DNA of 64,000 nucleotides from an uncultured cyanobacterium (GCA_963740315.1 CAVUDP010000002.1:1664001-1728000), one strand, 5' to 3'; positions 33,402 through 43,764 are shown, counted from the stretch's first letter. Notes: generated by a model from the sequence alone, not told the origin. Numbers and translations: made by a program.

Positions 33402-34379
33402 TCATCGTCTTGTCAAAGCTTTATAAGGAATTCCTTCTTGCAAATGACGGCTGAATAAACGGGCTTGTAATTCAATGGCGCGTCTGTAGTTGCAGCGATA
33501 ACCGAAGTTGGGATGTTTGAATTCGTCGTTCATTTTCCTTTCCCATGCTTCTAGAAAGTTTTTTCGTGCGCGATCGCAAAGTCGATATGCACCCAAGCTT
33601 TCGGTAAAGTCGCCGGGTTTGATTTCTTTGTGTCTAATCACTGCAAATATCAAGGTATCGGCAATCAAAGGACGAAATTCTTCCATTAAATCCAGTACGA
33701 TCGCAGGTTGCCCTCGTGTGGTTTCGTGTAGATAACCTATATATGGATCTAATCCTGCTACGTGCGCTGCTGCCGTTACCTGAACTCTTAATAATCCATA
33801 GGCAAATCCCAGCAACGAGTTAATTTCGTCGGTGGGTGGTTGCCGATTTCTACCGTCAAAAGTCCAACCTTCGGGTAATATTTCCGACCAGCAAGCAAAG
33901 TATTCTCTAGCGGCTAATCCTTCTACTCCTCTGACTTCATCAAGGGTTTTCTGTTGTTGAACCAGTTGTTTTCTATCTTTGAGAGGATTGTCTTTTTGTC
34001 CGTAGCGGTAGAGAACGGTATGCTGATTGTGAATTTTGGCTGTAACAATTGTTTTAGCTATTTCCAGCTTGCGTTTTTCGTCGCAATATGCTGCATACTG
34101 AGCTAATCTTAATTGTCCGTTGCGGGAATAAGCAGGAAGTGTGGAAGCGAGATGTTTTCCGAAGTAGGAAAGATAGTGAACTGGCATTCCCAATTCCAGA
34201 GCGTAAACTAAAGCATCTCCGGTAACTTGAGGATTTCCCATTAATACAACTTCTTCAACCGTTTGAGCGGGTACGGTATGTTTATTCCAGCTACCATCAG
34301 ATTGTTTGAGAGCAACTTTAAAAGCTTCGTGGGTTTTACTTAAAACGGCATCTGGTTGAGTGATATAAAGTACGGACAT
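33402..34379 (-). CDS. cas1: CRISPR-associated endonuclease Cas1 (type I-D)
   Basis: RGVEG.AAREYF, GLDPYIGYLH, LDLMEEFRP motifs; start MSVLY at 34379 preferred over 34412. Confidence 0.97.
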   Translation of the reverse strand: MSVLYITQPDAVLSKTHEAFKVALKQSDGSWNKHTVPAQTVEEVVLMGNPQVTGDALVYALELGMPVHYLSYFGKHLASTLPAYSRNGQLRLAQYAAYCDEKRKLEIAKTIVTAKIHNQHTVLYRYGQKDNPLKDRKQLVQQQKTLDEVRGVEGLAAREYFACWSEILPEGWTFDGRNRQPPTDEINSLLGFAYGLLRVQVTAAAHVAGLDPYIGYLHETTRGQPAIVLDLMEEFRPLIADTLIFAVIRHKEIKPGDFTESLGAYRLCDRARKNFLEAWERKMNDEFKHPNFGYRCNYRRAIELQARLFSRHLQEGIPYKALTRR

Positions 34380-34476
34380 ATTTAAACCTCGGATAAAGTT
34401 TGTAGTTGTCATTGCGATCGCAGCAACCCCAAAATCTTGCGATTGCTTCGCTTTGCTCGCAATGACGTTTTATAAT

Positions 34477-35073
34477 TCATCTTGAGCGATCGAGCCTAAC
34501 TTCAGAACGTAATTTTTTAACTTCTTTGGGTAGACAAATATTTTTCAAGCTACAGTCTCGACACTTTTTAGGGTTATCGATAGGGGCTGGCATTGGTTTC
34601 GTCAGAGCTTCTCTAGCAGCATGAATAGCCTCTTGAGTAGCTTGACGCAATGCCGATGTAAACTCAACTCGTTCGCGGCGACGGTTGCTGTGGTAGAAAA
34701 TTTCTCCATCTGCGATCGTCTTACCAGTGCGTTCTTCCAGACAAAGAGCCGCACCGCAAAGTTGAAAATGGTCGTTGATATGATTGTTCATTCTTCCCTT
34801 CTTATATTCCAGAGGAATCAGCCGTTCATCTCTCTGTTCAACAGCATCGATAATCCCCTTAATTAAAAGATTATGACTCCACACCCACTGTTGACGATAG
34901 ATAATAGTATCACCTTCGATACACGTACCTTCTTCATTGATATTGCGGTGTAAATGGCGACCCAGGATAATATGTTCGTTGTCTGCATTTTCTCCCAATT
35001 GATATTCCAGATAAAATCGACGCGGACAATATTCCCAAGCGTTTAGATAAGCTAATGGTAGATAATTGTTCAT
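34477..35073 (-). CDS. cas4: CRISPR-associated exonuclease Cas4
   Basis: YCPRRF, G.IDAVE…P.EYKKG, C-terminal C..CSL…C; start MNNYLP at 35073 (upstream extension is STRR repeat). Confidence 0.95.
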   Translation of the reverse strand: MNNYLPLAYLNAWEYCPRRFYLEYQLGENADNEHIILGRHLHRNINEEGTCIEGDTIIYRQQWVWSHNLLIKGIIDAVEQRDERLIPLEYKKGRMNNHINDHFQLCGAALCLEERTGKTIADGEIFYHSNRRRERVEFTSALRQATQEAIHAAREALTKPMPAPIDNPKKCRDCSLKNICLPKEVKKLRSEVRLDRSR

Positions 35074-35250
35074 GGTAATTTGGTAATTTGGTAATTGGGC
35101 ATCGGAATTGGGCATGGGGCATGGGGAATTGGGCATAGGAAGATAGGGAAATAGAGTATCTTTTAACCCGCGCAGGCGGGTTTTGCCTGTGTAGCAGCGG
35201 TAACAAAGTGCCAGGTTAAAATATTTTTCTCCCCCCATCCCCCCATCCCC

Positions 35251-36060
35251 TCATCCCCCCATCTCTCTCCTAACCTGCCCCATCCCCATCGAGGTTTTAC
35301 GCCCCACCCCCGAAAAAAAGGCGAAATTTGCCAGTATATTCGCAATTTTGGCTTGTTCGTCGTCTTTAAAGCGATATTTTACCCAACCTTGTGCGCCAAT
35401 TTCGGCACCACCTTCCATTTTCAGGGCTTGGGTTTTGAGTTCGTATGCAGATACTAATCCCATCCATTCGATATCGGGAAGTTTATATTCTTCTGGTGCA
35501 AAAGCATTCCAGCGTCTGTGTAATGAACCAAATACTAATTCGGGTAAGGGAAAATTTTGGATATTTTGAGATTGTTTAAAGCTGGTGGGAGAAAGAAAAT
35601 TTAGTTCGATGTCTTTGGTAACGGGGGTTTTAGCTAACAAACTATAATCGGTTGCTCCTGCTAAATGATGGGTTCCCGGTAAGGTGTAGATATTGCGGAT
35701 TACAAAAGGAAATTTCGCCAGAATTACGGGTTTTGTTTCTTGTTGCTGCAATCCATCGAGCAAAGGTTGGATTAAATTGCCATCTAAAAGACATATACGA
35801 AAATAGAAATTATCTCCCGGTTGACTTCCTTTGTGACGGCGATTGCCCAGTAATCCAGATATACTCATCGGTGAAGCCTGAGCTTGGTGGACTAATTCCG
35901 CGATTTTGGGAGAGCCTTGGTGCAACCATTGTAATACCAAAGCATGAATTGCTCTAGAAAGAGTCGCCGGAATTTTTCCTTTATCGGCAGCAGCTATTTC
36001 TACTACTAATGAATGCAAATTCGTAGATTTTTCAGGCTGCAACAGTATTTCTGGCTCCAT
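35251..36060 (-). CDS. cas6: CRISPR endoribonuclease Cas6
   Basis: F.SPTSF, PELVFGSL..RWN and G-loop GVGRKTSMGMGQ. Confidence 0.95.
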   Translation of the reverse strand: MEPEILLQPEKSTNLHSLVVEIAAADKGKIPATLSRAIHALVLQWLHQGSPKIAELVHQAQASPMSISGLLGNRRHKGSQPGDNFYFRICLLDGNLIQPLLDGLQQQETKPVILAKFPFVIRNIYTLPGTHHLAGATDYSLLAKTPVTKDIELNFLSPTSFKQSQNIQNFPLPELVFGSLHRRWNAFAPEEYKLPDIEWMGLVSAYELKTQALKMEGGAEIGAQGWVKYRFKDDEQAKIANILANFAFFSGVGRKTSMGMGQVRREMGG

Positions 36061-36817
36061 AAGATGCCCCCATTGGTAAAGTTAATTGGTTTGGTAGTTC
36101 GGGATGTTGTCTTTTTAAATCTTCCCAATTATTATCTGATTTACTATGATTTGATTTAATATATTCTCCCCTTAGTTGAGCTTGACTAATTAAACTTACT
36201 GGTGGCATGACTATCCGATTGTACAGAAGTAAGCGGGTATTTGGAGATAAATCTAAGGGATTTAAAGGATGATTGCAAATGTAAGTTTCGGATTTATTTT
36301 GAATTGCGCGATCGGGTATTTCGATAATTTCTACTTTAATTTTTGCAGCCCATTTACCCAAACGTATCCATTGAGGAAATTGCATATCATCGGGAGCAGT
36401 AATATAGGTACGATATTTACTACCCACGGCTAATTCTTTGGCTCTACCGTAGTTAATCGGATAATTTTTATCGGCTCCTTTATCACCAAATTGTTTAGAT
36501 TTACCGTAATAAGATACCTGAGCAGCTTTGAAAGTATTTACCTGATAAGACCAATTTATCGGTTGTGCGGGGAATACATAAATTTCAGCTTGATTTAAAT
36601 GTAGTAAATTTTGTTCTGAATTCTCATCCAAATAAGTTGGTTTTTGTGCCCTTTCCCCTTGCAGACGGTAGCATTGGGGAATATAGTTAACATTAAATAA
36701 AGCGAAACTCAACGCCCAATTATGTAAATATTTTTCAGTTTCATAGAGAATACCCATTTCTCTAGTTGCGAAAAATACGTTATCGTGCAGTGTTAGCAGA
36801 CAGTGATATAAAGACAT
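36032..36817 (-). CDS. csc1: Type I-D Cas5 (Csc1)
   Basis: LTLHDNVFFATREMG.LYETEKYLHNWAL and WIRLGKW motifs. Confidence 0.93.
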   Translation of the reverse strand: MSLYHCLLTLHDNVFFATREMGILYETEKYLHNWALSFALFNVNYIPQCYRLQGERAQKPTYLDENSEQNLLHLNQAEIYVFPAQPINWSYQVNTFKAAQVSYYGKSKQFGDKGADKNYPINYGRAKELAVGSKYRTYITAPDDMQFPQWIRLGKWAAKIKVEIIEIPDRAIQNKSETYICNHPLNPLDLSPNTRLLLYNRIVMPPVSLISQAQLRGEYIKSNHSKSDNNWEDLKRQHPELPNQLTLPMGASYGARNTVAA

Positions 36818-36852
36818 TTCAATTTTAATAACGGATGTTTTGGATTTTGGAT

Positions 36853-37019
36853 GGTTTGTAGTAAGGACTTTAGTCCTTTAGCTAGTTCCCAGTCTCAGGC
36901 TGGGAACCGTTTCATCGAGGCTCTGCCTCGCTTCAATTCCGGAGTCAGAGCCTCCCACAAATGCATTACAAGGTAGAACCTTGTAACGAGAAAAAGGACT
37001 AAAGTCCTTACTACGAACC
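36853..37019. repeat. GTAGTAAG-family palindromic element with a nested second hairpin element
   Basis: Inverted ends GGTTTGTAGTAAGGACTTTAGTCCTTT…AAAGGACTAAAGTCCTTACTACGAACC. Confidence 0.7.
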
Positions 37020-37020
37020 T

Positions 37021-38010
37021 TTAACCTTTTTTCCCTTTCTTCTTCAATGCTCCAAATGTAGAAGCATAAGATTTAGTTTGTTCGGAAAGTGCTGTAATTA
37101 CTTCTTTGAGACTATTTTCGTTTTGATAAATAGCGTTTACTTCACCCACTAATTCTTCTAAATCGGCATCAAAAACAAGATTTGTTTTACGCACGGGTTC
37201 TGAATTAAGTAATTCTTTAGTCACGCTGTTAGCCTTAATTAAAATATCGCTGATGGGAGCATTGATATCACCTTTTAAAGCGTCGTAAAGTGCTTGAGTG
37301 AAATGTAAGTTACTAAAAATTTCTCCATCACAAAAGGCAATTCCCACAAGATGATTTTTCATTGTTCCGGTACGGGATTCTTGGGCTCCGTAACGTCTGG
37401 TTCTCAATAGGTTTCCTAATACGTACAGAAAACCTTCATAGGTGCAGTCGCGCAAAGTTTCGACTGTAGGAAAACTTACTTCTGGTAAAATATGGTCTTG
37501 TTCGTTGATGGAATTTCGCATTTCTCCACCTTCGCTCATGGTACCTCCTTCAAAGGTTGCATTGAAGGTAAAGCTGCGGTGGGCTTGTTCGTATGCACTT
37601 AGAGAGAATGCCGAATCTGAGTAAACTTTGGAACGTTCGGAACCGCTGTCACCGATCGCAAACCCGTAAATAATGCAGTCGGGACATTTTTTACAAGCTT
37701 TCTCGCTGCTGTATTCGCAATATTTTTCTTTATCTTGCTTATCGGCAGTTGTAACTTCTAAAGAGCGCAATAATTCCCTTCCCGCAAGTCTTTCGGGGGT
37801 TGTCTGCTTACGCTTAAACATCACCAAACGACTCATTTGTTCTGCATTTTCCAATCCTGCTTGAGTACGGGCTGTATTAAGAATTCCATCGGTTTGAAAC
37901 ACCGGGAAAGATTGGCTGTGACGCAGCATAATAAAGTGAGCGTACTTCCCAGAGGCTAAACGGGGGAAAGCTGGAGAAAATTGAGATTTGAGGTTTTGTA
38001 GAATAGTCAT
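37021..38010 (-). CDS. csc2: Type I-D Cas7 (Csc2)
   Basis: FKRKQTTPERL.GRELLR, C..CPDC..YGFAIG.SGSE.SKV motifs. Confidence 0.95.
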   Translation of the reverse strand: MTILQNLKSQFSPAFPRLASGKYAHFIMLRHSQSFPVFQTDGILNTARTQAGLENAEQMSRLVMFKRKQTTPERLAGRELLRSLEVTTADKQDKEKYCEYSSEKACKKCPDCIIYGFAIGDSGSERSKVYSDSAFSLSAYEQAHRSFTFNATFEGGTMSEGGEMRNSINEQDHILPEVSFPTVETLRDCTYEGFLYVLGNLLRTRRYGAQESRTGTMKNHLVGIAFCDGEIFSNLHFTQALYDALKGDINAPISDILIKANSVTKELLNSEPVRKTNLVFDADLEELVGEVNAIYQNENSLKEVITALSEQTKSYASTFGALKKKGKKG

Positions 38011-38182
38011 TGTTTGTTTCCTTTTGATAGGTTTGTAGTAAAGACTTTAGTCTTTTGTTTCCTTTTGATAGGTTTGTAGTAAAGACTTTAGTCTTTTGAT
38101 TACTTTTAATAGGTTTGTAGTAAAGACTTTAGTCTTTTGATTACTTTTGATAGGTTTGTAGTAAAGACTTTAGTCTTTTGAT
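38011..38182. repeat. Tandem repeat, ~40-bp unit x4 (GTAGTAA-family half element)
   Basis: TTTTGATAGGTTTGTAGTAAAGACTTTAGTCTTTTG repeated between cas10d and csc2. Confidence 0.9.
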
Positions 38183-38203
38183 TAAGAAGGGCTAAAGCCC
38201 TTA

Positions 38204-38620
38204 CTACGAACCTGATTCTTGCAAAGCCAACCAGCGGTAAGCGAATTCAGCACCGGATTTGATGCGGTTGCGGTTTTCTTGTAGCAATGCGCGATCGCCT
38301 TGATAAAGCTCGATAAATAATTCTTTGACGCAGGTTGTCATAAATGTGTGGATGGCTTTGATTTCTTCTGCTTGTCTGGTACTGTAATCAACAGATTTGT
38401 TGGCAATTATCGGACGTTTATAAACTTCTTGACGCTCTATTGCATCTCTTAATTGTCCAGCACCTTGTATAATTACGTCTTCGTAATCAACCTGTTGGGG
38501 AACGCTTAAAATTACTTCCAAGGCTTTGGATATGGGAAGTAATATAGTATGGCTTGATTCGCTCAAACTTGCTTGATAAAATGTTCTGTATTCTTGCACT
38601 AATTTAGTCATTAATTTCAT
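38204..38620 (-). CDS. cas11d: Putative internally translated small subunit Cas11d (138 aa)
   Basis: In-frame ATG at codon 831 of cas10d preceded by AAGGTAGGT RBS-like sequence; internal Cas11d translation is known for type I-D. Confidence 0.6.
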   Translation of the reverse strand: MKLMTKLVQEYRTFYQASLSESSHTILLPISKALEVILSVPQQVDYEDVIIQGAGQLRDAIERQEVYKRPIIANKSVDYSTRQAEEIKAIHTFMTTCVKELFIELYQGDRALLQENRNRIKSGAEFAYRWLALQESGS

Positions 38621-41110
38621 TAAATACCTACCTTGTTCGCTGTTAACTGTTAATTGTTCGGCGTATTTCCAATAACGGAAAACTTCTTGACTGCTGGCAT
38701 CTCTTTTATCCGATCGCAATTTCTGATTGGCTAAGGCAAATACGTTCAATACATTTGTTGTCACTAACCGAACTGTTTTGATTAAATCTCGCCATTTTGC
38801 GTCTGGTGGGGAACTACGAGTATCTAAATGTAAACTGTAAACTATTAACAACCGCTGTATAGCTTTTTGAAAATCTTGAATTCGCAGAGAGTTTGATAAA
38901 CCAAGCAAATTCCAAAAACCTGCTGGTGCGTCAAGAATTACTGATTCATTAAAATCGCGATCGCTGTTGTACAAAGGAACGTTACTGCTGGTTGCAACTA
39001 CTTTTACTCCTAACAACATGGGAAGTGTTAAAGCTAAAAATGCTGGTTGAATCCAGGCATCGGTAAGGGTTTTTCCCGTCGTTTTGGTGTAAGTCATTGC
39101 CATAAAAGGCAAGTCTTCTTTAGTATATTTATCTTGATGAAAACGTCCGGATTCTGCTTCCTCGTTCAACCATTTTAATGATTGTAAAGCCTGATTATTC
39201 ATCCCGGAATTAACCCACTGTTTGCGAATATCCCACATATCTGCTCTTTTCACGTTGTTAACTAAAAGTTTGATAGCGGCAGCGGTTTGTGGTGAATAAA
39301 CGTAAGCAGGAAAGATATATAAAAATATCGGCTGTTGCTCTTCTAATTTTCCCGACGGTACCCCCCAAAAAGCTTGTCTTAACAACATTTCTAACGACCA
39401 TATTTTAGAAATTCCTCGTTTAATTTGACGACCACCTAAAGCATTTTTATTACTATATTGTTGTGGTTTAAATAGTACTACAGAATCCATTTGATCTTCA
39501 GATAAAAACTCGCCGGTACTTAAAGAACAAATCGGTTGTTTGGCGGCTTTGGTTTTGGCTGCAATATAAGATTGTAATTCCAAATCAAATGATATATTGC
39601 TTTGCCATCCTTGAACTTCTAAATATTGCTGTAAATAACTTGCAAATACTTCTTTTGTCGGACTTTGATGTTGGGGAAGTAAATTATTTTCTACTGCCCA
39701 CATAGCTAAATCTTCCGCCCATTCAGACATTTTTGCGATAACTTCTTCTGGCTCTAATGTGGGATTTTCAACAATATAATAAGCTGCTGCTTGATACCAA
39801 CCGTAATTAACTCCTCCCGATTGGACTTGCGTTTGTTCGGAAGTTATTTTATCTGCAATTCCTAAAGTATTTAGCATCCAGTTAATAAATTCGGGAGAGT
39901 TACCTAAGAATTCCTTTTGAGTTAATAAAATAAATTCAGCAATGTAATCAGCGCGAATATCGGCGACTTTAGTTAACAACTCCCGATCGCTTTCAGTTAA
40001 ATCTAGTTTTTCCAATCTTTTAGGAGTCGCGGGATTTTTGAAGTTAGCAACTTTGGCTTTAATTACCGCAGGAAGTTTCGGGATTATATCGGCAGGTGCA
40101 AATAATTCTAAGGTTTGCGGAGCCACTTTTAAACCTTTCCCATCTCGTTTAAATCCAATATCTCCCCCTAACATTTTACTACTCAAAACACCGCCGATTT
40201 GCTGCCAAATAAATTGTTGTAATTCTGAAAAATCGGGAGTTATTGTATTCTTAGGTGCGAGATAAATTATCCCTTGAGCAAAAAACAGAATCGGCTGCCA
40301 TTCTAAATCTTTGGCAAATCGCATTGTAGCGTTGTGAATGCCATTACTTAAAATTCCTACAGTATCTCGCAAGCGGTGATAAACTAGTTTTTTATCTATT
40401 CCTAGAAAACGTAAATGTTCGCGCAGGCGATCGCCACCAGTTTGCGTATCAATATCTCCTGGATCGGTTAAATGAACTGCAACATCACCAAAGGCTAAAA
40501 GATAGCGTAAAGGTAACGTTAAACGGCGAGAATCTTTCACAGCAAATTCAGCTTCTCCCCTCAACCAGTTTGCAGGAATAATATTTGTACCCTGTTTAAA
40601 CTGTGTATTTTGAGCCAGATAAGCGATATCTACAAGATATTTTCGCCACTCCGACCAAAACGAACCAAAGTCAAGTTTTTCTCCTAATTCTTCACATACT
40701 TTGAGAATTGCTGGAATATCATCCGATGACGGAGGTTGAATTGTTTGAGAGCGACAATGCTTATCATAATCGTGTAAGGTTATTCCCAAACAAAGCAGAC
40801 GTTTTTCAATATCTGTAAGATTTGTTGTTAAATAAGGTATTAAATTCCATGATGTCAGTAAAGCATTTAATACGTGAACCATCAAACTTTGATCTGGTTT
40901 TTGCGACCAATTTTGAGCTTTTTCAACAGCGTATTTATCGCCAAGTTGAGATAATATTTGATAATGTGCTGCTTCGGAACCTCCCAAGGCTGTAGTTAAA
41001 GAAAATTCTCGTTCTAAAGCTGGTAAAATTGTTTCAATGTAAGAACGTAAAATTGGATCGGTATCTTCTGGTAAGGTTTCAATTAGTAGGGTTTGTAGTA
41101 AAGTTGTCAT
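38204..41110 (-). CDS. cas10d: Type I-D large subunit Cas10d (Csc3) with N-terminal HD nuclease
   Basis: DQS…HVLN..L and TLHDY HD motif; FKPQQYSNK motif; 968 aa; operon position. Confidence 0.93.
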   Translation of the reverse strand: MTTLLQTLLIETLPEDTDPILRSYIETILPALEREFSLTTALGGSEAAHYQILSQLGDKYAVEKAQNWSQKPDQSLMVHVLNALLTSWNLIPYLTTNLTDIEKRLLCLGITLHDYDKHCRSQTIQPPSSDDIPAILKVCEELGEKLDFGSFWSEWRKYLVDIAYLAQNTQFKQGTNIIPANWLRGEAEFAVKDSRRLTLPLRYLLAFGDVAVHLTDPGDIDTQTGGDRLREHLRFLGIDKKLVYHRLRDTVGILSNGIHNATMRFAKDLEWQPILFFAQGIIYLAPKNTITPDFSELQQFIWQQIGGVLSSKMLGGDIGFKRDGKGLKVAPQTLELFAPADIIPKLPAVIKAKVANFKNPATPKRLEKLDLTESDRELLTKVADIRADYIAEFILLTQKEFLGNSPEFINWMLNTLGIADKITSEQTQVQSGGVNYGWYQAAAYYIVENPTLEPEEVIAKMSEWAEDLAMWAVENNLLPQHQSPTKEVFASYLQQYLEVQGWQSNISFDLELQSYIAAKTKAAKQPICSLSTGEFLSEDQMDSVVLFKPQQYSNKNALGGRQIKRGISKIWSLEMLLRQAFWGVPSGKLEEQQPIFLYIFPAYVYSPQTAAAIKLLVNNVKRADMWDIRKQWVNSGMNNQALQSLKWLNEEAESGRFHQDKYTKEDLPFMAMTYTKTTGKTLTDAWIQPAFLALTLPMLLGVKVVATSSNVPLYNSDRDFNESVILDAPAGFWNLLGLSNSLRIQDFQKAIQRLLIVYSLHLDTRSSPPDAKWRDLIKTVRLVTTNVLNVFALANQKLRSDKRDASSQEVFRYWKYAEQLTVNSEQGRYLMKLMTKLVQEYRTFYQASLSESSHTILLPISKALEVILSVPQQVDYEDVIIQGAGQLRDAIERQEVYKRPIIANKSVDYSTRQAEEIKAIHTFMTTCVKELFIELYQGDRALLQENRNRIKSGAEFAYRWLALQESGS

Positions 41111-41240
41111 AAATACAGGTCAAAGGTTAAAGGTATGATGAGAGGGGGTAGAGGGGGAAGAGGGGGAAGAGTGGGTAGAGGGGGTAGAATAAACTATTTA
41201 AACTGGTAACTAGTTACTGGTAACTGGTAACTGGTAACTG

Positions 41241-43361
41241 TTAAAATATCGACGATTCAAATCGATGCCGGGTGAATTTTTTCAATCTCCATTTCAAAGC
41301 TTCTAAAAGCAATGCATCTTGATGAAATGCACAACCATAAGCTTGTTCGTCTGCATCAATTAACCGATATAATCCAAATAATGGGTTTAGTTTAAGAGTT
41401 CTACTAATTTCCCAATGACTGTTACTAGGCTTCTTGGTAACGGGAACTAAAAAAGTCAGCAGTTTCTTTTTTTGCAAACAATTGATAACATTTGACTGGG
41501 GATGTCCGTCTAAACTGAGTTTATCTATTAAAGTCAATTCGCAATATTTAAGCTCGCTGCTTTTTCGATTGCAGTGCAGATTTATATCAAATCGTTTATC
41601 TACCCATTCTTGAATCTTCAAATAAACTTGAATATAATTATCGGGAAATTCTTCTTCTCCACTATCGCAACTTGATGCAGCTTGTAAAAAAGTATCTCTA
41701 TCGATGACTTCAACCAATGCATAGGGTAAAAGTCTGAGTAAATCGTAAGTGTAAAAACTATTGTTATCCCAAACCGCAGCCTGTAAACTTGAACTACCGC
41801 GAAACCGTAAAAGTTCTTCCTGAGTGGCTTTTCCTACCTCGTTATACAGCATGGCATACCACTGCTTGCCAACGGATTCGAGATTTTTTGCATAAAGACG
41901 CTGTAAATCTGCCGCCATCGACTCTCGCAAGAATTGACTTACCTGTTTATCCCGACTCATGCGGTAAAACATTCCGCTTACTTGCAACGCACCCCAACGT
42001 TTGCGATATTCATCAAACTCTTTGGGAGAATCAAAAGCCTGTGCGATCGCATCGTTTAATTGGCTTCTAGAAACGGTTTCGCCTTCACTAAGTTTATCTT
42101 GCAAACGCGCCATCACCCAAGGAGTATGACCGGGAATTAAAATAAAAGCCTGATAATTATTAAACCCCGAATGTCTCCCCAAACGTCCTAAACGTTGCAC
42201 GACAGTCGCCGAATCGCTACCCTCAAAAATCAACAAATGGATGCGAAAATCAACTCCCACATCTACTGCCGATGTTCCCACAACTAAAACAGACTGTGGA
42301 GAATTCTTCAACTGTTGCTTAGTTTCGCGTCTTTTTTGAGAGTCAATACGCCCGCTAACTTCTTTGACAATTACCAGTGGTAATAATCTTTCCAGCAAAC
42401 GAGTTACCAAACCAGCCTTAGCTACAGAATTAACAATAATTAATCCCCTACCAGCTTCTTGTGCATTCAACATCGACTGAATTTGAGCAACCATATCTTC
42501 CAACCACGCAGAAGTATCCGTTTTTAATTGCACAAACTCTAATTCTACCGACTGCAAAATTTGCCGATAACCCGGAGTTTTGCGATCGACATAAACCCCC
42601 TCCACCTGCTTAACCTTGAAATCAGCCTGCTGCAACTGGGTGATAAAATCTAGCTTGGGAGTCGCCGAAGTAAACAAAAACTTCCTGGCGCGACTATTAT
42701 TTTGACTGTGACGAATCAGAGTCATGCTATTTAAAGCAGCAGTTTCCTGATGAGAACTAAAAATCGGAAACTCGTCAAACACCCATAAATCCGGTATTTC
42801 TGCCAACTGCATCGGTAACAAATCGCTCCCGAAAGCCGGATTTTGATATTGATAGTGAGTGATGTAATGAAAAATATCGGGATTGGTAAGTAAAACAGGC
42901 TTTTGGTAAAGAGCCAACAACAACTCTTGAAACTTATTACTTTTTTGTGCTTGCTTAACCCGCCGACTTAACTGGGCACCATAAAGGCGATCGACTCGTT
43001 GTGCGGCATCCAAATTAAATAAATTATGATAATTAACCTGCTGTTCGTTTTGATCTTCCACCAATTCAATAGTAGGATATAGTCCCATAGTGCGAAAATC
43101 AGGATCGAGCAAACTTGGTAAATAAGCCCCCAAAGTTTTACCATCGCCAGTTGCAGAAGTATTAAAGATAATTTCTGCATCCCCCAGCATCACCTCAGCA
43201 TAAGTTTTAGCTTGATGAGAAGATAAAGGACAAGTACTATCGAATTGAGGTTTAAGAGTCGGAGCTTTTTGATATACAATACATTGTAGTTTGCACCCTA
43301 GCGGACAATTCCCCAATCCCGGATTAAGTTGGGAGTAGAGAGGCTGTAATTTAATTTTCAC
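41241..43361 (-). CDS. cas3: Type I-D helicase Cas3'
   Basis: TGDGKT Walker A, FTSATP motif III, GTSAVDVGVDF, QRLGRLGRH; no HD domain; motif II reads DEFP. Confidence 0.93.
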   Translation of the reverse strand: MKIKLQPLYSQLNPGLGNCPLGCKLQCIVYQKAPTLKPQFDSTCPLSSHQAKTYAEVMLGDAEIIFNTSATGDGKTLGAYLPSLLDPDFRTMGLYPTIELVEDQNEQQVNYHNLFNLDAAQRVDRLYGAQLSRRVKQAQKSNKFQELLLALYQKPVLLTNPDIFHYITHYQYQNPAFGSDLLPMQLAEIPDLWVFDEFPIFSSHQETAALNSMTLIRHSQNNSRARKFLFTSATPKLDFITQLQQADFKVKQVEGVYVDRKTPGYRQILQSVELEFVQLKTDTSAWLEDMVAQIQSMLNAQEAGRGLIIVNSVAKAGLVTRLLERLLPLVIVKEVSGRIDSQKRRETKQQLKNSPQSVLVVGTSAVDVGVDFRIHLLIFEGSDSATVVQRLGRLGRHSGFNNYQAFILIPGHTPWVMARLQDKLSEGETVSRSQLNDAIAQAFDSPKEFDEYRKRWGALQVSGMFYRMSRDKQVSQFLRESMAADLQRLYAKNLESVGKQWYAMLYNEVGKATQEELLRFRGSSSLQAAVWDNNSFYTYDLLRLLPYALVEVIDRDTFLQAASSCDSGEEEFPDNYIQVYLKIQEWVDKRFDINLHCNRKSSELKYCELTLIDKLSLDGHPQSNVINCLQKKKLLTFLVPVTKKPSNSHWEISRTLKLNPLFGLYRLIDADEQAYGCAFHQDALLLEALKWRLKKFTRHRFESSIF

Positions 43362-43413
43362 AATAGTTTGAAAATCTCGATAAACCTAAGATAAAGCCGA
43401 ATTCCCAAAAGTC

Positions 43414-43431
43414 GTAGTCAAAAAATGATAA
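43414..43431 (-). promoter_or_regulatory. 18-bp motif upstream of cas3', identical to one upstream of the WYL gene
   Basis: Minus strand reads TTATCATTTTTTGACTAC, an exact match to 47862-47879 (+). Confidence 0.5.
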
Positions 43432-43574
43432 CAACTGGTTTTTGGGAAGTATAAAAAATGTTACATAGACCTCAAAAGTATTGGTAGCGCGGTTTTGAGA
43501 AGATTTGAAATTAACAAAAAAAATTTTATGATCGACAACCGAATAGCATTATCCTAAGATGTAGCCAAGCGAAA

Positions 43575-43764
43575 AATTGACGGGGGAAAGCGAGGTCGAA
43601 AACCCCGATGTCCCGACAAAACGCCAGAACCTTGATAATTAAATAGTTTCAGAGATTTAGGCTCTAGGTTTTATCATTTGTGCGATCGGTCAAATGGGGT
43701 TTTTAAATTACCCCGTCAAAATCGGTTGTGGAAATGGCTCTGTTCAACGGTTTCAGATGGCAGA
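43575..43764 (+). promoter_or_regulatory. CRISPR leader of array 2
   Basis: Homologous to the leader of array 1; directly abuts the first repeat. Confidence 0.85.

Noticed and set aside
35074..35345. N-terminal extension of Cas4 and overlapping short ORFs
   Set aside because: Composed of STRR heptamers and a REP hairpin; Cas4 homology begins at MNNYLP
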